Virus record (IMG/VR): IMGVR_UViG_3300014720_000001
Coordinates: 124,001 to 188,000 of that record
Reading direction: 5' to 3' (one strand)
DNA: 64,000 bases
The position numbers and the translations under genes were made by a program. The notes below the pieces were generated by a model. That model ran no database searches. It was not told the DNA's origin and was given only the letters and a program-made list of their open reading frames with translations. Below, one piece after another: positions 11,801 through 20,678 of this stretch (position 1 is the stretch's first letter; each line of letters begins with the position of its first letter).

Positions 11801-12060
11801 GGGCCGGCATCCGTAGTGTAAAGCGTGCTGGCATCAGACCCGTCGAGCCACAGCGCCAAGTTAGAAACATCTAAAGGCGTAAACTGCGCGCCGCCGTCCA
11901 TCACAAGCGGGTCAGTGAGGTCTACTACCGTGTTATCTACTTTCTTGGTGTAGACCTTGCCAGAAGCAGCGTTGACGGCCAGTTCGCCTTGAGCTAATTG
12001 CGCTGCTGTAGGAACTGCGCTGGCGGTCGTGCTTGTTTTGTGGCGAATTTCGTTGGGCAT
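8857..12060 (-). CDS. Modular tail/receptor-binding protein, paralogue of 6050-8626
   Basis: Same N-terminus, three LamG-like repeats and one C-terminal RDRFYRLNLFCG module. Confidence 0.75.
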   Translation of the reverse strand: MPNEIRHKTSTTASAVPTAAQLAQGELAVNAASGKVYTKKVDNTVVDLTDPLVMDGGAQFTPLDVSNLALWLDGSDASTLYTTDAGPVTAVTAPTDIAGCVGWWDASDASTLFQDSAGTIPATAADAPVGRWANKISGRPAATQATSTARPLLKLASVNNRNAVLFDGVDDLLNASVTGSSTHTWLFVGQWFTTPGNGSATIGLNATASIMVQGGMLYWYSNSSGGYIQLLPAVTPTLGQRFITGWTNNNATVTLRHNGFQLASGSAAATAINANGVIFGGRQNAAGSFQNVYFCEVLQFSSALSSTNLARLERYLANKWGITELHQQLSQLIPAVSSPTDIGNCALWLDAADAATVTLSGNAVTQWADKSGNARNFTAALTACPTYTATINSRSVLTFDGVANTLTGNSAAQTAIQNITGYTCFAVVRPNSVAAGERFVLGFGGGTVIYRLGQQDSRPFIGGRRTGAETLRSVTAASGTLTLGGTYVLSSVVNHPTTTLTGFSRGVSFGTDTAYMDAGNTPATALPVNVGTQGGGTYGFFSGDIAELIVFNVALSATDRARIEKYLAAKWGGTSGIEPTPGVGAWYDKSGNARHATQTTAANRPTISATTINARNTLTWNGSTSRLRTTTSAGMGQTMSLFAVVKRGPTTWGGGGGGGFGTILGAGTSNQGPNLMVDNGVMWLTGGTNKSVFTPAGALGVTAPALFSGTLTSGTTALYVNSVLADADPVTGTGTDAGAIEMGAYNPSTQGGGPLAADIAELITYSRVLTAAERRRVEQYLATKWGLNIVPQVANIDAQDWLNRVYLAGSTVSPGTAAAVNNFCNAIDAAGIRDRFYRLNLFCGDNLTACLVPLYRGPALTATQLGNATDTNVNFSSADYVESGSGGGLLGNGSSKYLQTGIAPSAWVALNLGSHLSVYKRTPVNSGALLGAGIRAAAAAQNQVWEFGGGGNGAGGRSGSFGAPGTHNALLGVTRTFNTGSQFVRAFRNDQFSQDNAATEQVVAISLPFAVFARNSQAVDGTTYSISLYSNQLLAAYSVGLHLTNDVVAAYNTAMQNFQSALSRAVT

Positions 12061-14723
12061 TACACGGCTCTATTTAGCGCGAGTTGAAACGTCGTCATGG
12101 CGGTACTGAAAGCGGCGGCTTGCGTTGCCGTCATTCCGGCGCCCAAAGAGTAACCGCCCAGCCGCAAACCAAAAAAACGCACCAAGGAACCATCTAGATT
12201 TTGTCCAAACACAAAAAAGGTAAGATTCGACGCAAGAAGCGACGCAGTCACGTCTGTTGTGTTGGTAATTTGCGGTAAACCGTTGATATAGCCGTCAAAC
12301 GAAGTGACGGACGTTCTGTTAGTTAGCCAGTGTTGCGTTGTGGCTAAGGCAGGCGTCCCAACGATCAAATTCAAATTTGCGCCAGCATCAAAAATAACAG
12401 TCGTTTGCCGGTAATCGAACCCCCACCGATTTGACGGCGCCGTGCTAGAGCGCACTCCGATAGGGACCGCCTGATTACCGGCTGAATTTGTTACCCCGAA
12501 TACAAACGCACTGGCATGAAACGACGAAATTACGGGCCATGAAGAAGGCGCAAGCCCGGTATCGAGGCGTTTAGCACCGCCGGGAACGGCGTCGCCGGCG
12601 GCGCCGGTCGCTATTAGTCCTGCTGCCTCGACGTAATCGCTGGCCACGAAATTGAAATTCGTGTCTGTCGTGTTTCCGTACTGTGTGCCGCTTAAACTCT
12701 GCCCGCGGTAGAGCGGCACGCAGCAGGCGGTCAGGTCATTACCGCAGAACAAATTAAGTCTGTAAAACCGGTCCCGCAAGCCAGCAGAATTGATTGAGTC
12801 GCAAAACGTGTTAACCGCATTTGCCGTGCTTTGCGAAACAGCGCCGCCTGCTGCGTAAACACGATCAATCCAACTTTGAGCTTCGGCGTTTGCGACCACG
12901 GGCGGGCGATTTAAAGATGTTTGAAACGCGGCCATTGCCGTAGTGTATGTTGCAACTTGAGCGTCTGTGAGCGCCGCGCCAATGCTGTAAGCGCGCAAAG
13001 GTATGCCCGCGGGCCAATAGCCGCGGGATGTCGTCCCGTTGTTATCTGCAAACACATAAAACGACCGAGTTGTGCTGGCGGGCGTTGTACTTGTAGTATT
13101 TTCAGAAATAAACGCGTTGCTGCCGTATAACCGCACAGACGTCGCAGACGTGCGAGACACAACAAGAAAACTGCCGCTATCTTTGTTGGCTTGCGCCATA
13201 GCCACGACAGTTACGCCGCCCCATATGCCGTCGGTGGTATTACTGCCGCCCTGCCTGAATAGTCGATAAAGATGCGTCTCTGTTTCATCGCGCACAGCGA
13301 CTATATGCGAATTGTTGCCGACGCCGGGGGCTTTATATGCGGCAATGTGACCAGTGCTTAACGTGGGCAGCGCGCTCACCGCCAACCCAGTGTCTAGATA
13401 TTTTGATGAACCGTTGCTGGATAAACCACCAGACACACCTGTTTCCGCGTAATCAGGCGACGTAAACGCAATATTTGTATCCGTCGTGTTGCCGTACTGC
13501 GTGCCTGTACGTGTCTGCCCGCGATACAACGGCACAAGGCACGCGGTCAGGTCATTACCGCAAAACAAGTTGAGCCTGTAGAACCGGTCGCGGATACCGG
13601 CGTTATCAATTGTGTTGCAGAACGTATTTACCGCGTTAGCCGTGCTTTGCGAGACAGTGCCGCCGGCAGTATGCACACGTGTAATCCAATCCTGCGCATC
13701 TGCGTTTGTCGCTGTCGGTATACCGCGCGTTAAAGCCGTTTGAAACGTCTGCATCGCGTTGTAATACGCGAGCGCTTGCGCCGCGGTCATATCCAGTCCG
13801 ACAGAATAGGCGCCAAACGTCCCGCCAGAATAGTCGGCCAACGAATTTGCGCGATTTAACGCAAACACATATAGCGAACTGTTGTTTGTTGTGCCGCCAA
13901 GCCCGTCATTTGTCCCATTGTCGGTCGTTGTTACAGCGGCACCGTTTTTATAAAGCGAGCCGGTTGTGCCAGTCTGCGAACCAATATACATCGCGCCTTT
14001 TTGCGTGTAGTCCGAGTCGAATTTGAAGTTCGTACCACTGCTGTAACGAAAACCGTAATTTGCGCCGGTAGCGCCTGTACCGAGCGAAAATTGTTGAGAA
14101 AGTTGACCCGGACCTTCGGCGCCAATTGCGATGTCAAATTGCGTAGCGCCGCGAACGATTTCGTAAACGGCTAGATGCCGGCCGCTAGTTGGCACAGTGT
14201 TTACAGGAAAACCAGTGTTTAAATACTTTGGGCTACCGCCTTTTAAACCACCAGCAATCGTGCCAGTTTCAACGTAATCGCCGCTGCCAAAACTGTTGTT
14301 AGTGTCAGTCGTGTTTCCGTACTGCGTTCCCGCTAAAGACGGCCCTCTGTAGAGCGGCACTAACGCTGCGGTTAAATTATCGCCGCAGAACAAGTTGAGC
14401 CTGTAGAACCGGTCGCGAATTCCGGCCGCAGTAATCGCATTACAGAAGTTATTGACCGCAGTAAACGTCGTCGCGGATACAGTGCCGCCAGCCGCTATGA
14501 CGCGCGTTTGCCAATCCTGCGCGTCGGCATTAATCCCGGCAAGAGGCTGCGCGCCGCCGTCTGTAATCAACGGCTGGCGCAGATCGAGAACAGTACCGTC
14601 GGTTCGCTTTAGGAACCACGTACCGTCGGCGGTATTTAACGCAAGTTCGCCGTTGGCTAGAAGCGCGGCGTGCGGCACAACGCCTGCTGTGCTGCTGCGT
14701 TTATGCAGAATAGGATTTGGCAT
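12060..14723 (-). CDS. Modular tail protein with three tandem RDRFYRLNLFCG modules
   Basis: Three ~270-aa internal repeats beginning NA(D/E)AQ(D/S)W; TAATG coupling to the next gene. Confidence 0.75.
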   Translation of the reverse strand: MPNPILHKRSSTAGVVPHAALLANGELALNTADGTWFLKRTDGTVLDLRQPLITDGGAQPLAGINADAQDWQTRVIAAGGTVSATTFTAVNNFCNAITAAGIRDRFYRLNLFCGDNLTAALVPLYRGPSLAGTQYGNTTDTNNSFGSGDYVETGTIAGGLKGGSPKYLNTGFPVNTVPTSGRHLAVYEIVRGATQFDIAIGAEGPGQLSQQFSLGTGATGANYGFRYSSGTNFKFDSDYTQKGAMYIGSQTGTTGSLYKNGAAVTTTDNGTNDGLGGTTNNSSLYVFALNRANSLADYSGGTFGAYSVGLDMTAAQALAYYNAMQTFQTALTRGIPTATNADAQDWITRVHTAGGTVSQSTANAVNTFCNTIDNAGIRDRFYRLNLFCGNDLTACLVPLYRGQTRTGTQYGNTTDTNIAFTSPDYAETGVSGGLSSNGSSKYLDTGLAVSALPTLSTGHIAAYKAPGVGNNSHIVAVRDETETHLYRLFRQGGSNTTDGIWGGVTVVAMAQANKDSGSFLVVSRTSATSVRLYGSNAFISENTTSTTPASTTRSFYVFADNNGTTSRGYWPAGIPLRAYSIGAALTDAQVATYTTAMAAFQTSLNRPPVVANAEAQSWIDRVYAAGGAVSQSTANAVNTFCDSINSAGLRDRFYRLNLFCGNDLTACCVPLYRGQSLSGTQYGNTTDTNFNFVASDYVEAAGLIATGAAGDAVPGGAKRLDTGLAPSSWPVISSFHASAFVFGVTNSAGNQAVPIGVRSSTAPSNRWGFDYRQTTVIFDAGANLNLIVGTPALATTQHWLTNRTSVTSFDGYINGLPQITNTTDVTASLLASNLTFFVFGQNLDGSLVRFFGLRLGGYSLGAGMTATQAAAFSTAMTTFQLALNRAV

Positions 14724-14740
14724 CGGTCGTCACCTTACAC

Positions 14741-16306
14741 TTAGAAGGTGCCGCCGTCAACTGTAGACTCGTTGCTAAGAATAGTGCAAGCGGTAATACT
14801 TGCGCCGTGATCGGGGAGTGAGTACGTACGGCTGGCCGTGAGCGTGGCTGTATCCAGAGTGGCATTAAATCCGCTGCTGCCGCCCGCGCGGCCTCTGATA
14901 ACAATACCGTCGTTGTTGGCCGCCTGCCGGAACGTCTGGCCGGTCGCATTCACGAACGTATTGGCGCCGGTGAAAGCGTTGTTGCTGCCGACGTAGGCCA
15001 CCGTGCCGCCAGCGCCAAAGGCTACTGAACTCGCGTCAGTGCCAGTAAAAGTCAAGGTGTTGCTTACCGTCAGCGTCTTACCGTCCGCGATAGTCAGCGT
15101 CGAGCCGGTGGCGGGCTGGGTAAACGACACGCGATTGATGGACGTAGCCGTAGCTGCGCCCAGTGCCGGGGTTGTAAACGACGGGCTGTTGGCGAACACC
15201 AGCGCGCCAGACCCAGTTTCGTCTGAAATAACGCCCGCGAGCTGCGAAGACGTTGTGGCGGCGAAAGCACTTAAGTTATTGCCCGTATAAGCAACAGTAC
15301 CGCCGGCTCCAAAAGCGACTGAAGAACCGTCAGTACCGGTCAGCGTCAGCGTGTTATTAGCCGTCAGCGTTTTGCCGGACGTCACAACTACCGGATTAGC
15401 CCCCGCCGTGACGCGACCGTAAGTATCAACTGTGACGCTGGTGTACGTTCCGGCAGAGACACCCGTAGTAGCGAGGTCGATACTGTCGGCGTTCACAACA
15501 ATACGTTGCGCGCTGGCGGTTACAACGTCAAGCGTGTTGCCGATTTTAGTTAAACCGGCGCCAGCAGTAATTTGACCCGCGCCGGAGAATTGGGCAAACG
15601 TCAGGAGCGTCGTGCCGAGCGTAACCGGCGCAGCGTTTGTCAACACCCAGCCAGAGTTAGCGTTTAATGTGCCCTCTTCGACAAACGTAAACAGGCCGGG
15701 CGTGACTTCAGCGTTTGTATCGGCGTCTGTTGCGCGCGTCCACGCGGCGGTAGCAACAATATAAATACCGTTAGCGGAAGCCGACGACTGATTTTTAACA
15801 AGTACGCGATCACCCGCGACTAGTACAACGTCGTCAATTGTCTGCGCACCTACCAACGTAATATTGGCCGTAGTGGCAGCACGCACACTAGCTTTAACGT
15901 CGAGGCCGGAACGAGCAGCGTCTACGTAGGCTTTAGTAGCGGCGTCCTGTGGATCGACTGGATCTGCGAGACTTGTAATGCGCTGCGCGTTAAACGCTAC
16001 GTTTGCATTCGGAACGGTGAATTCGTTCAGCCGCTTGCCGAGAACGTAGGTGTTGATGCCGGTGCCGGTAACCGTGCCGTCGAGCGTGACTGTGCCGGTG
16101 TTAAACGTGTAGCTGCCGGTGGCTGTGTTGCTGCCAGTCAGCGTCAGAAACGCGCCGATGCCACCAACTGCGGCGACCGTCAGATTTGAGCGGCCGATAT
16201 ACAGGACGTTATCGACTTCATTGTAAGCCAGTTCAGCTGTTGCGAGAGAAGCGGGCGCGCCGGCAGCGCCACTTGTACGGCGCTTAATCTGGATGGTATT
16301 TGGCAT
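14741..16306 (-). CDS. Tail fibre / virion structural protein
   Basis: IQIKRR..ELAYNE N-terminus; DPQDAATKAYVD; GDRVLVKNQ...NGIY...WTRATDAD; internal GKTLT..NTLT.TGTD.SSVAFGAGGTVAY repeat; C-terminal DGGTF. Confidence 0.8.
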   Translation of the reverse strand: MPNTIQIKRRTSGAAGAPASLATAELAYNEVDNVLYIGRSNLTVAAVGGIGAFLTLTGSNTATGSYTFNTGTVTLDGTVTGTGINTYVLGKRLNEFTVPNANVAFNAQRITSLADPVDPQDAATKAYVDAARSGLDVKASVRAATTANITLVGAQTIDDVVLVAGDRVLVKNQSSASANGIYIVATAAWTRATDADTNAEVTPGLFTFVEEGTLNANSGWVLTNAAPVTLGTTLLTFAQFSGAGQITAGAGLTKIGNTLDVVTASAQRIVVNADSIDLATTGVSAGTYTSVTVDTYGRVTAGANPVVVTSGKTLTANNTLTLTGTDGSSVAFGAGGTVAYTGNNLSAFAATTSSQLAGVISDETGSGALVFANSPSFTTPALGAATATSINRVSFTQPATGSTLTIADGKTLTVSNTLTFTGTDASSVAFGAGGTVAYVGSNNAFTGANTFVNATGQTFRQAANNDGIVIRGRAGGSSGFNATLDTATLTASRTYSLPDHGASITACTILSNESTVDGGTF

Positions 16307-16315
16307 TGATCACTC

Positions 16316-16747
16316 CTAGAAATTTCCGCCGTCAAGAATGTTGTTTGTGGGAATACCCGAAGCCAGCACCTCAACCCAGTTATTCAAAACAGTGGCCGGA
16401 GCTGTCGCCAAGATAAAAGTCTTGCTGAGGTCAAACCGCACAGCCACATCGCCAACCTGCGCTGGCAACGCTAACATTCCAGCTTCTGAGTTTACAGCAA
16501 ACGTATCATTTATCGCAATTGCTGGAATGTGCTCAGTCGGGATCTTGCCCTGTGTGTCAAGACCGGCAACGCCGTTGGGCACGCCGATATTGTTAGTTTG
16601 CAGCACGTTAAGCGCCGACAGCACGTTTGCAAATGTCGTACGCTTGGTGGCCAAATTGTTCGGGTTGGCCGTATCGACAATCGGCAGCATGTCTGTGCTG
16701 GCGGGCGCAGACTTGGCCGGAAGTGCGGAAATCTTTTTATTTGACAT
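16316..16747 (-). CDS. Tail-fibre-related structural protein
   Basis: KKISALP N-terminus, NGVAGLDTQGKIP, AQVGDVAVR, C-terminal DGGNF. Confidence 0.7.
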   Translation of the reverse strand: MSNKKISALPAKSAPASTDMLPIVDTANPNNLATKRTTFANVLSALNVLQTNNIGVPNGVAGLDTQGKIPTEHIPAIAINDTFAVNSEAGMLALPAQVGDVAVRFDLSKTFILATAPATVLNNWVEVLASGIPTNNILDGGNF

Positions 16748-16817
16748 GTGTTGCCATCCGTGCGCGTCGGGGTATTGCTATTTTAATCTGTCAACACACG
16801 ACAAAAAACTGCCGCAA

Positions 16818-17120
16818 TTAAAAGTTGTTGTCGTCTTCGTCCTCGCGGCGGGGGCGGTATTTTCGCTTCTTATCGGCTTTTACGCCCTCTAAGTCGTCGG
16901 CCGCGCGGTTGAGCCATTTAGCCAGTTTGCGGGCGTCTGCGGGCGACAGCAACGGCAACTGCGACCCAAATACGTCAACCGTGATGCCCGATTCCGTGTG
17001 ACTACCTGCGTCCCAATCACCAGCCTGAAAACTGACTGTTGGCGAGTCGTCTGGGTTCTTGACGGCGATTACGTTTTTAAATTCTATGTGATCGGGCGTG
17101 TTAACAACAACGGTAGCCAC
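16818..17120 (-). CDS. Hypothetical protein
   Basis: GTG start with GAGG RBS, operon-like spacing. Confidence 0.6.
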   Translation of the reverse strand: MATVVVNTPDHIEFKNVIAVKNPDDSPTVSFQAGDWDAGSHTESGITVDVFGSQLPLLSPADARKLAKWLNRAADDLEGVKADKKRKYRPRREDEDDNNF

Positions 17121-17123
17121 GAA

Positions 17124-17396
17124 TTATTCCTCTTGTAGGTCATCAACAATTACGGGCGTCATATTCCCTACGCGCGTGGCTACAAATTTGCACGCGTAAT
17201 ACTCGTCGGCGTCTTCGCGAGAAAACCCGTCGGCAAGTAATTTGGCGTACAGTTTGGAGCGGCTGTAAACAGGCACGGGGCCGTCGCCGCCGATGTAACC
17301 CACCCCGATCAGGGCGCAGTCCATGTTGTCGAACAACACGGCTTCCGGGTTCAGGTCAGCTAGCTCGGCGAGAATGTGGTGCGGCGTTAAAGTCAT
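17124..17396 (-). CDS. Conserved phage hypothetical protein
   Basis: D.ALIGVG...VYSRSKL...DGFSREDADEYY pattern resembles a common small phage family. Confidence 0.65.
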   Translation of the reverse strand: MTLTPHHILAELADLNPEAVLFDNMDCALIGVGYIGGDGPVPVYSRSKLYAKLLADGFSREDADEYYACKFVATRVGNMTPVIVDDLQEE

Positions 17397-17914
17397 CGCT
17401 TCATCCCCAGTTGGACATCTTCTAGGAATAAGATAGCAATATCGCTTGCGCGGCGGTAGCCCTCGCGCACACCTTTTTGATATTCGGGGTCGCCGGGTGG
17501 GGTTGTTTTCTCCGGCATATCGGCAATTGTGGCTAACGCCGCAATAAACCGATTGCGAAGTTTACGGTACTCCGGCGAGTTAGTTACAACAGCGTTTTCA
17601 ACAGATCTTGTCGGCGCGCATACGTCGGCTTCCAGCGCCGGATTTAAGCCTAATCGCTGCAGCGCCCGAGTGGCCTGCGTCAGCGCGTCAAAGTCGCGAA
17701 ATGTCTGCGCTGACCGCGGCGTGTATTTCTGCGCCAGCTCGTGCAAAATCAGGCACAGGTTTGTTATTTCTAGCTCGGCTACGCCCGGCGCCTTTTTGAT
17801 ATTTGCCCGTTCTTCCCGTCGGCGCGCCTCGTTGCGCGTCAGCTTTACAAAGCGGTCGCGTTCTACCTTTTTCTGTACGACTTCAAAAGCGGCGACCGTT
17901 GGCGTCATGCGCAT
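17393..17914 (-). CDS. Hypothetical protein
   Basis: ORF overlapping both neighbours. Confidence 0.6.
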   Translation of the reverse strand: MRMTPTVAAFEVVQKKVERDRFVKLTRNEARRREERANIKKAPGVAELEITNLCLILHELAQKYTPRSAQTFRDFDALTQATRALQRLGLNPALEADVCAPTRSVENAVVTNSPEYRKLRNRFIAALATIADMPEKTTPPGDPEYQKGVREGYRRASDIAILFLEDVQLGMKR

Positions 17915-18555
17915 CCTTTCGCGGCGGGAGTACGAACTGCGGTGGTACGAGAAACAGACGAAAACAGCTTGTAGATTTCTTCGTGCGTCGAATCAACCGG
18001 CGAATCAGCGTTGATGTGATGCACGATGCTGGCGTGCGGCCGGTAAAGCGCGTGCGTCTTGTACGCCGCCCGCATCCGATGCTGGTCTTCGATGCACCGG
18101 CGCTCGTAACGATCTGGCCGGGTATGGCCGACTGGGCGCCGCTGGCGGACGTTCTCAGGCGCTATGTCCATAAGAAAAAGAATGTCCGGGCAGAGATACG
18201 ACGTCTCTCGGAAGATGTTGATGATCAGGTCAGTCGATATGTTATTTATTTCGCCCTGATACACCAGCGTTGATAGCAACCAGCGATCACAGATCACGAC
18301 ATGATCTTCGGCGAGTAGCTGCTGGATATGCGCGGACAGCTCAGCCCGCGCGGCCGAGAAAAGCAGCATTTGCGCTGCCGGAGAAATAGGCGCGTCATTG
18401 TGCAGCAAGATCTGCCGAATGGCGGTGCCGATGCTCGTCGTGCCCGGGTCAGCCACAATTGTCGCGGTTATACCTTCTTTGTTTAACCGCTGTGACAACA
18501 TGCGCGCCTGCGTTGTTTTGCCGGCGCCATCGATTCCTTCGAAGCAGACGAACAC
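17905..18555 (-). CDS. tmk: Thymidylate (dTMP) kinase
   Basis: FEGIDGAGKTTQ P-loop, LLFSAARA, VICDRW..STLVYQG. Confidence 0.92.
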   Translation of the reverse strand: MFVCFEGIDGAGKTTQARMLSQRLNKEGITATIVADPGTTSIGTAIRQILLHNDAPISPAAQMLLFSAARAELSAHIQQLLAEDHVVICDRWLLSTLVYQGEINNISTDLIINIFRETSYLCPDILFLMDIAPENVRQRRPVGHTRPDRYERRCIEDQHRMRAAYKTHALYRPHASIVHHINADSPVDSTHEEIYKLFSSVSRTTAVRTPAAKGCA

Positions 18556-18569
18556 TGGAGTCCTTTCGT

Positions 18570-18887
18570 TTAGCGGCCGGTGATCTGAAAGCTGGGCGCG
18601 TCGCCAGTGATCGGCTTGGTGATTTTGCTTTGCGTGCCGGTGATGTTGACAGTCTCACCGGGAACAGGAATGACGAGTTCCGCGGGCGGCTCGAACAGCA
18701 GCATTTCGCGACCGTCGGCAAAACGCAGCGCCAGTCCGTTCGGTGTGTGGCCGACGCCGACTACGCCTTTTGTTGCCAGCCATGTTGCCGCGTATTCACA
18801 AAACGCGCGCAGCTGATCGGTAACCAGCTCAGACTTTTTTGCTGTAAAGTCGTCAAGGATGTTATTCAACACTTCGCTTGCGGGCAT
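18570..18887 (-). CDS. Hypothetical protein
   Basis: ATG at 18887 (MPASEV) with AAGGAGG RBS. Confidence 0.65.
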   Translation of the reverse strand: MPASEVLNNILDDFTAKKSELVTDQLRAFCEYAATWLATKGVVGVGHTPNGLALRFADGREMLLFEPPAELVIPVPGETVNITGTQSKITKPITGDAPSFQITGR

Positions 18888-19614
18888 AACGAACCTCCTT
18901 CTTCTTTTTTGTTGGCGCCGATTCTTTTTCAGCGGCAGCGGCGCGTTCTCGTATCCCGGTTGTATGTTGCGCCACGAGTTTGTCAAGTTTCGCCTTATGC
19001 CGACATTCTTTGATTGCGCGGCTGACGTCACCCAACAGATTACGGGCAGCGTGCGAGAACAAGCGCAAAACATAAAAGCGCTCGGTGGCGCGCAGCGCGA
19101 GTAAATCACCGTCAAGCTGGGTAAGCAGTTTTTTGGCTTTTGGAATAGCCGTGGTGCCTCTGGCGTTGACCAGCGTCATAATATCGCGGGCCGTGCAAAT
19201 GATGTCCGCGAGCACAATGATCTGCGCGCCTACTGGGCTACCGCTGACACGCCCCCGAAACTCCATATCGCGTTTTGTCTCAACCATGCGGAAATCGCGG
19301 CTAATGTCGGCAACCATGGCAGCGACCTGAACCGTCGAAATTTCGGCAATATTCTCAAACGCGCAGGCGCTCACGTTCAGCACGTCATGGAGCAAAGCGC
19401 CCTGAATGATGGCCGAAATGCTTTCTTTGCTGTCGTCCGGAAGATAATCGGCGCGTACGTCCTGATACAACTTGTGCGCAATCGTCTCCGCCTGCTGGGC
19501 CACCTGTTTACTGTGCGCGATTAACTCTACGCCAACAGCAGTGTGCAGATCGCGGTAGTGCTGCGCGGCAAATGTCAGTATGTGCTGCAACGGCGACTCA
19601 ATTGGTTTTTTCAT
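18862..19614 (-). CDS. HD-domain protein of the SpoT/Mesh1 hydrolase-like type, degenerate
   Basis: FAAQHY...IAHSKQVA...ALLHDVL...QVAAMVADISRD...AQIIVLAD match the family layout; HDxxED and KLADRxxN motifs are altered. Confidence 0.7.
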   Translation of the reverse strand: MKKPIESPLQHILTFAAQHYRDLHTAVGVELIAHSKQVAQQAETIAHKLYQDVRADYLPDDSKESISAIIQGALLHDVLNVSACAFENIAEISTVQVAAMVADISRDFRMVETKRDMEFRGRVSGSPVGAQIIVLADIICTARDIMTLVNARGTTAIPKAKKLLTQLDGDLLALRATERFYVLRLFSHAARNLLGDVSRAIKECRHKAKLDKLVAQHTTGIRERAAAAEKESAPTKKKKEVRYARKRSVE

Positions 19615-19631
19615 TGCATCTCCATGTGCCC

Positions 19632-20675
19632 CTATACAAGTTTAAGTAGTGTTTGCCAGCCAAGATCAAACGACTTACGCCGCGTCGAGAGGTTGTAATT
19701 CACGCGTCGATTTAAGTTATCAATATGGTTTGGCTCCGCAATCAACGCTTGTAAAGTCGTAATCAACTTTTCGTAGTCCGGGGCGGCGTGCGGAACACCG
19801 TTCTCATCGTAGTCTACGCGTGTTTTGACAAGCACGCCGTTTGCGTCTTGATACACGAAGTCAATTTGCGGCGATAGTGCAAAAGACAAAATAGGTGTAC
19901 CGCAGCTAATCGAGGTCAAACCGCAAAAACCGTAGTTGTCGCATTCGGCCGGAAAAAGCGTAAGGTCGTGCGCGGTGTACATAGCCGGTCGTTTGGCCAG
20001 CGGTACGTTGCGCACAACTTTGACGCGGCCGGCTGTCTTGCGCCCGAGCGTCTGAAAAAACTTAGCGACAGACGGCGCAAACCGGCACGACGTAATCGCA
20101 ACCGTGAGCTGTGCGTCCGGCATGCGCTCCAGCAAATAGCCGAGCAGCCCAAGAAACTGCCCGTTTGCGCAGCGAGCATTTCGGTCAAACCACGGTAAAA
20201 ATATCTTTACCTGCCGGCTGTTGACGGTTTTAGTTTTCTTAGTCGCCGGCAAGCCAACGTCAAACGGAATGTAAGTGACGTTTTTAAATTTGTAGACCTT
20301 GTTAAACAATTCGCGCGATTCCGAGTTCATCGCAATCACATGATCGACGCGCTGCATAACTTTGCGAAACGGCCGCGCTAGTTCTTGCCACATCGGCACG
20401 ATAATCGTGCGCACCCCAAACCGGCGCACGTAATTCAACGTGTCAAGCTTCGGCGGCTGCGTCCAAATAATCGTGTGGCAAGTTTTAGCCCACCGCGTAA
20501 AGGGGCACTTTTTCTTGTGCACAACCGCGCGGTCGTACGCGGTGTGCAGCTTCGCCGGGGCTGCATCTGCGTACAGTGAGCACTCGGCGCCCTGTGCGCG
20601 TAAAAAATCGGCCAGACGAATTGCAAAGTATGCTTCGTCGCAGTGGGCGTAATGTGTATAGATACCGATACGCAT
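19632..20675 (-). CDS. GT-B (GT4-like) glycosyltransferase-fold protein
   Basis: MRIGIYT N-terminus; VDHVIAMN; HDLTLFPAECDNYGFCGLTSISCGTPIL matches D.fv.PS..EgFG...lEAma.G.Pv. Confidence 0.75.
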   Translation of the reverse strand: MRIGIYTHYAHCDEAYFAIRLADFLRAQGAECSLYADAAPAKLHTAYDRAVVHKKKCPFTRWAKTCHTIIWTQPPKLDTLNYVRRFGVRTIIVPMWQELARPFRKVMQRVDHVIAMNSESRELFNKVYKFKNVTYIPFDVGLPATKKTKTVNSRQVKIFLPWFDRNARCANGQFLGLLGYLLERMPDAQLTVAITSCRFAPSVAKFFQTLGRKTAGRVKVVRNVPLAKRPAMYTAHDLTLFPAECDNYGFCGLTSISCGTPILSFALSPQIDFVYQDANGVLVKTRVDYDENGVPHAAPDYEKLITTLQALIAEPNHIDNLNRRVNYNLSTRRKSFDLGWQTLLKLV

Positions 20676-20678
20676 TTG

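Noticed and set aside
6050-14723. Diversity-generating retroelement or invertase shufflon acting on tail genes
   Set aside because: No reverse transcriptase or site-specific recombinase in the window, no adenine-specific TR/VR pair seen, and all modules share one orientation.
16770-16800. TTGACA plus TAAAAT promoter upstream of the tail cluster
   Set aside because: The two hexamers are only 3 nt apart on the minus strand, incompatible with sigma70 spacing; a promoter may exist here but cannot be defined.
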